Positions 63,393 through 64,000 of a stretch of 64,000 nucleotides of DNA are shown here, one piece after another; the stretch's first letter is position 1; each line of letters begins with the position of its first letter. A model generated the notes under the pieces. That model did not search any database, was not told the DNA's origin, and saw only the letters and a program-made list of their open reading frames with translations. The translations under genes and the position numbers were made by a program. The DNA comes from an uncultured Gammaproteobacteria bacterium (GTDB lineage Bacteria; Pseudomonadota; Gammaproteobacteria; DRLM01): the NCBI GenBank assembly GCA_963729605.1, contig CAVSNY010000007.1:672001-736000 (forward strand), written 5' to 3'.

Positions 63393-63728
63393 GGGTCGCG
63401 ACGGTCTTGTTTTGCGGCGATCCGCGGCGGGCGTCCGCCCTCTGTTTTTTGCATTCAACCTGAAGCGTTGCGCAATGCGGCGGCGCGTGGCGCCATCTGC
63501 GGCGGGGTAATGCTGTCCTGGTGAGTGAGAGGATATCCGTGCCGCCTGCCCAAAGTTTCAGGCTTGCTATAAATAGCATTTTTGCGCCACCATGTCACCT
63601 CGCCGGGGGGGCAGCGCGCCGGTTGCGCCGGGCCGATTTTCTTGCCCTGATCCGGTGCCCGTTATGAATGCCCGCCGGTGTCGGACGGATGTTTTTTGCA
63701 AGTTGCGGCAGCGCCGCGGGTCTTCCAC

Positions 63729-64000
63729 ATGAGTGATTTTATAGTCGTAGGCGCAGGCCTCATCGGTCTGTTGGTGGCCCGTGAGCTGGCCGAGGCCGGC
63801 GCGACGGTGGCCGTGGTGGAGCGCGGCGAGCCGGGTAGAGAGGCATCGTGGGCCGGCGGGGGTATCTTGTCGCCGCTCTATCCCTGGCGCTACCCCGACC
63901 CGGTGAATGCGCTGGCGCGCTGGGGGCAGGCCTATTTCCCGGGATTGGCGGCCGCCCTCGCCGCGGAGACCGGCATCGATCCCGAATGGACCCCCAGCGG
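63729..64000 (+). CDS. thiO: Glycine oxidase ThiO-like protein (5' part)
   Basis: Translated by hand: MSDFIVVGAGLIG...EASWAGGGILSPLYPWRY. Confidence 0.85.
   Translation, partial: MSDFIVVGAGLIGLLVARELAEAGATVAVVERGEPGREASWAGGGILSPLYPWRYPDPVNALARWGQAYFPGLAAALAAETGIDPEWTPS

Overview
High-GC gammaproteobacterial chromosome segment, mostly housekeeping. Gene order: a MotA/TolQ/ExbB-type gene with a MotB-like/vWA partner; yfhL-coaD-rsmD and two M16 peptidases; ftsYEX-rpoH; bioBFHCD with divergent comF; mutT/thiE fusion; yacG-zapD-coaE-pilDCBA; a RelE/HTH toxin-antitoxin pair; pilSR; a ~16 kb Wzx/Wzy exopolysaccharide cluster beside tRNA-Pro(CGG); ispB; rplU-rpmA-obgE-proB; rpsT; murJ-ribF-ileS-lspA-ispH; pilVWXE; and the start of thiO. 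The most striking feature is in bioF, which carries a ~220-codon in-frame insert. The insert is an apparently intact DUF559 (Vsr-like) endonuclease domain bracketed by five GC-rich palindromic repeats that translate into Pro/Gly linkers. The same repeat family recurs in intergenic DNA, once in front of a truncated DUF559-like start. A separate 51-nt hairpin insert sits in frame in ileS. This suggests a repeat-plus-nuclease mobile system that can colonise housekeeping ORFs without breaking them (inference). Also seen: a 4-copy ~150 bp MITE-like repeat, a degenerate tRNA-Pro att repeat delimiting the EPS island, a flippase-sulfotransferase fusion, and CIRCE, sigmaE-like and sigma54-like sites upstream of rpoH. 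All calls come from motif recognition by eye; no searches were run.
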